Assembly (NCBI GenBank): GCA_004295105.1
Contig: SHNC01000215.1
Location: forward strand, 71,879 to 135,878
Direction of reading: 5' to 3'
Length of the DNA: 64,000 bases
Origin: Betaproteobacteria bacterium
GTDB taxonomy: Bacteria; Pseudomonadota; Gammaproteobacteria; Burkholderiales; Rhodocyclaceae
This document shows positions 62,801-64,000 of this stretch, piece after piece. The position numbers and the translations under genes are program-made. The notes beneath the pieces were generated by a model that did not search any database, was not told where the DNA came from, and saw only the letters and a program-made list of their open reading frames with translations. Every line of letters starts with the position of its first letter. Within the stretch, counting starts at the first letter, position 1.

Positions 62801-62918
62801 GAGGGTCACTCCTTAACGCTCAGTGGCGTTGATTGCCGTGACTCGAATTTGGAACGTCGCGTTGAGGAATGACACCGCAAATGCGGTATCCGCGACCGCA
62901 GATACGGTCTGGCATCGC

Positions 62919-63680
62919 TCAGGAAGTTGTGCCCTGCAAATTGCGCCGAGCCAGTGCGAACTTGGCCTGCAGGGTGCGCTCGGTGATCCCCATCGCGTTG
63001 CCGTGATGCGCCACCAGCGCACTGATGATGGCCTCCTGCGTCAGGAAGCTGGAATACGGCATGCCGCTGGGCGACTTGCCCAGCAGCAGCGTCACTAATC
63101 CGCCAACGATGTTCAGGTAGGTAGATTCGCTGCGCGGCCCCAGCGTGTTCGCACGCTCAACGTCAGCGGCACAGGCTGCGTGCGTTTTCAGCAACGCCTC
63201 ATGCTCGGCGCGCAGCGTCTCGTGCACACCCAGGTGTTCCGCGAGCCGCGCCTTGATCCCTTCCCGCTCGGCCAGCAATGCGCCCACCGTGTCCAGACTG
63301 ATCGCCGGGTGAAGCACACGCCCGACCTCATCGCACCGAAACGCCGGTTTCTCGCCGGGGTAGTAGTGCGCCATCCAGGCTTTCAGATCGACATGCCGCA
63401 CGGTCAGCGACGGGTCGTCCATCGCCAGGCCCTGCGCGTCCCGCACCAAGCCCTCCTTGCCATACGGTATCTCGCCGTGAGCGAGCGCATCGAAGACTCT
63501 TTCGGTGTTCAACCGCAGCAACGGCCAACGCGGAAACTCCGTTGCCTCCGGCAGAGGCCGCCACCCCAAGGTCGCCAGGATGCGCCGCTCGAAGCGCAGC
63601 AATCCGCTCCAGCGGATTGCTGCCTCGATCGGGCGGTAGTAAGTCTTGGCGCCATCGGCCAGGCTGCTCGACTTCGGCAT
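62919..63680 (-). CDS. Conserved ICE regulator upstream of alpA (BisR-like)
   Basis: YYRPIEAAIRWSGL...RHVDLKAWM...C-terminal YLNIVGGL...GITERTLQAKFA; GGAGG RBS. The BisR assignment is by synteny. Confidence 0.75.
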   Translation of the reverse strand: MPKSSSLADGAKTYYRPIEAAIRWSGLLRFERRILATLGWRPLPEATEFPRWPLLRLNTERVFDALAHGEIPYGKEGLVRDAQGLAMDDPSLTVRHVDLKAWMAHYYPGEKPAFRCDEVGRVLHPAISLDTVGALLAEREGIKARLAEHLGVHETLRAEHEALLKTHAACAADVERANTLGPRSESTYLNIVGGLVTLLLGKSPSGMPYSSFLTQEAIISALVAHHGNAMGITERTLQAKFALARRNLQGTTS

Positions 63681-64000
63681 ATCGCACGCCTCCATTCGTC
63701 ATCCCACCAAATCCTCGCACGCGCACCCGCCGTACAGGCGGCGTGCACGAATGTCGAGGAGTCTCCGGGCGAAACGAGCAGGTGGCAAAGCGGAGAAGAC
63801 TGTGGCATCGGTGATGCCGCCTTTACCGGTGCGAGATGTGCGCCTTGCCGCGCATGGCCCCATCTCTGACAATCTTTAGGCTGCGAAACATGTCGTCACC
63901 GTCGGCATTCGCGGGCGCCATGCTTGACCCGGAGAACCAGGCCAAAGTCTTTACAGGGAAATGGTCCCAGTAAAGCGCGATCAACTGAACGCGCCCGAAC

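Overview
GC-rich, probably betaproteobacterial DNA. Most of the window is the regulatory and early-gene half of an ICEclc/PAGI-2/PFGI-1-family integrative conjugative element. Its backbone genes all lie on the minus strand: bisR-like, alpA, parA, shi-like, parB/bisD-like, DUF2857, STY4528-like rep, PFL_4669-like, DUF3158, ssb, topB, two conserved hypotheticals and a DUF3085 pseudogene, then DUF3577, DUF3275, DUF932, a hypothetical, an adenine MTase, a hypothetical and an SF2 helicase. About 39 kb of heavy-metal cargo (~11.6-50.7 kb) splits this backbone. The cargo comprises a czcI-czcCB-PII-czcA cluster with a P1B-4 ATPase and a two-component system, a Cu P1B-1 ATPase operon with many uncharacterised accessory genes, cusCBA/cusF, a cupredoxin/multicopper oxidase/TolC operon, and copRS. 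The left end holds a Tn402/Tn5053-like remnant (intact IRt, truncated tniA) abutting a decapitated methyltransferase gene. No integrase, att site, tRNA, rRNA, CRISPR array or conjugation (T4SS) genes are visible. The most notable unexplained signals are non-coding: a ~75-nt three-hairpin element with compensatory base changes in four copies, each upstream of an ICE core transcription unit; iteron-like palindromes plus a DnaA box inside the rep-like gene; and a shared OmpR-type metal box across both cargo modules. Family names come from recall of sequence motifs and gene order, not from database searches.
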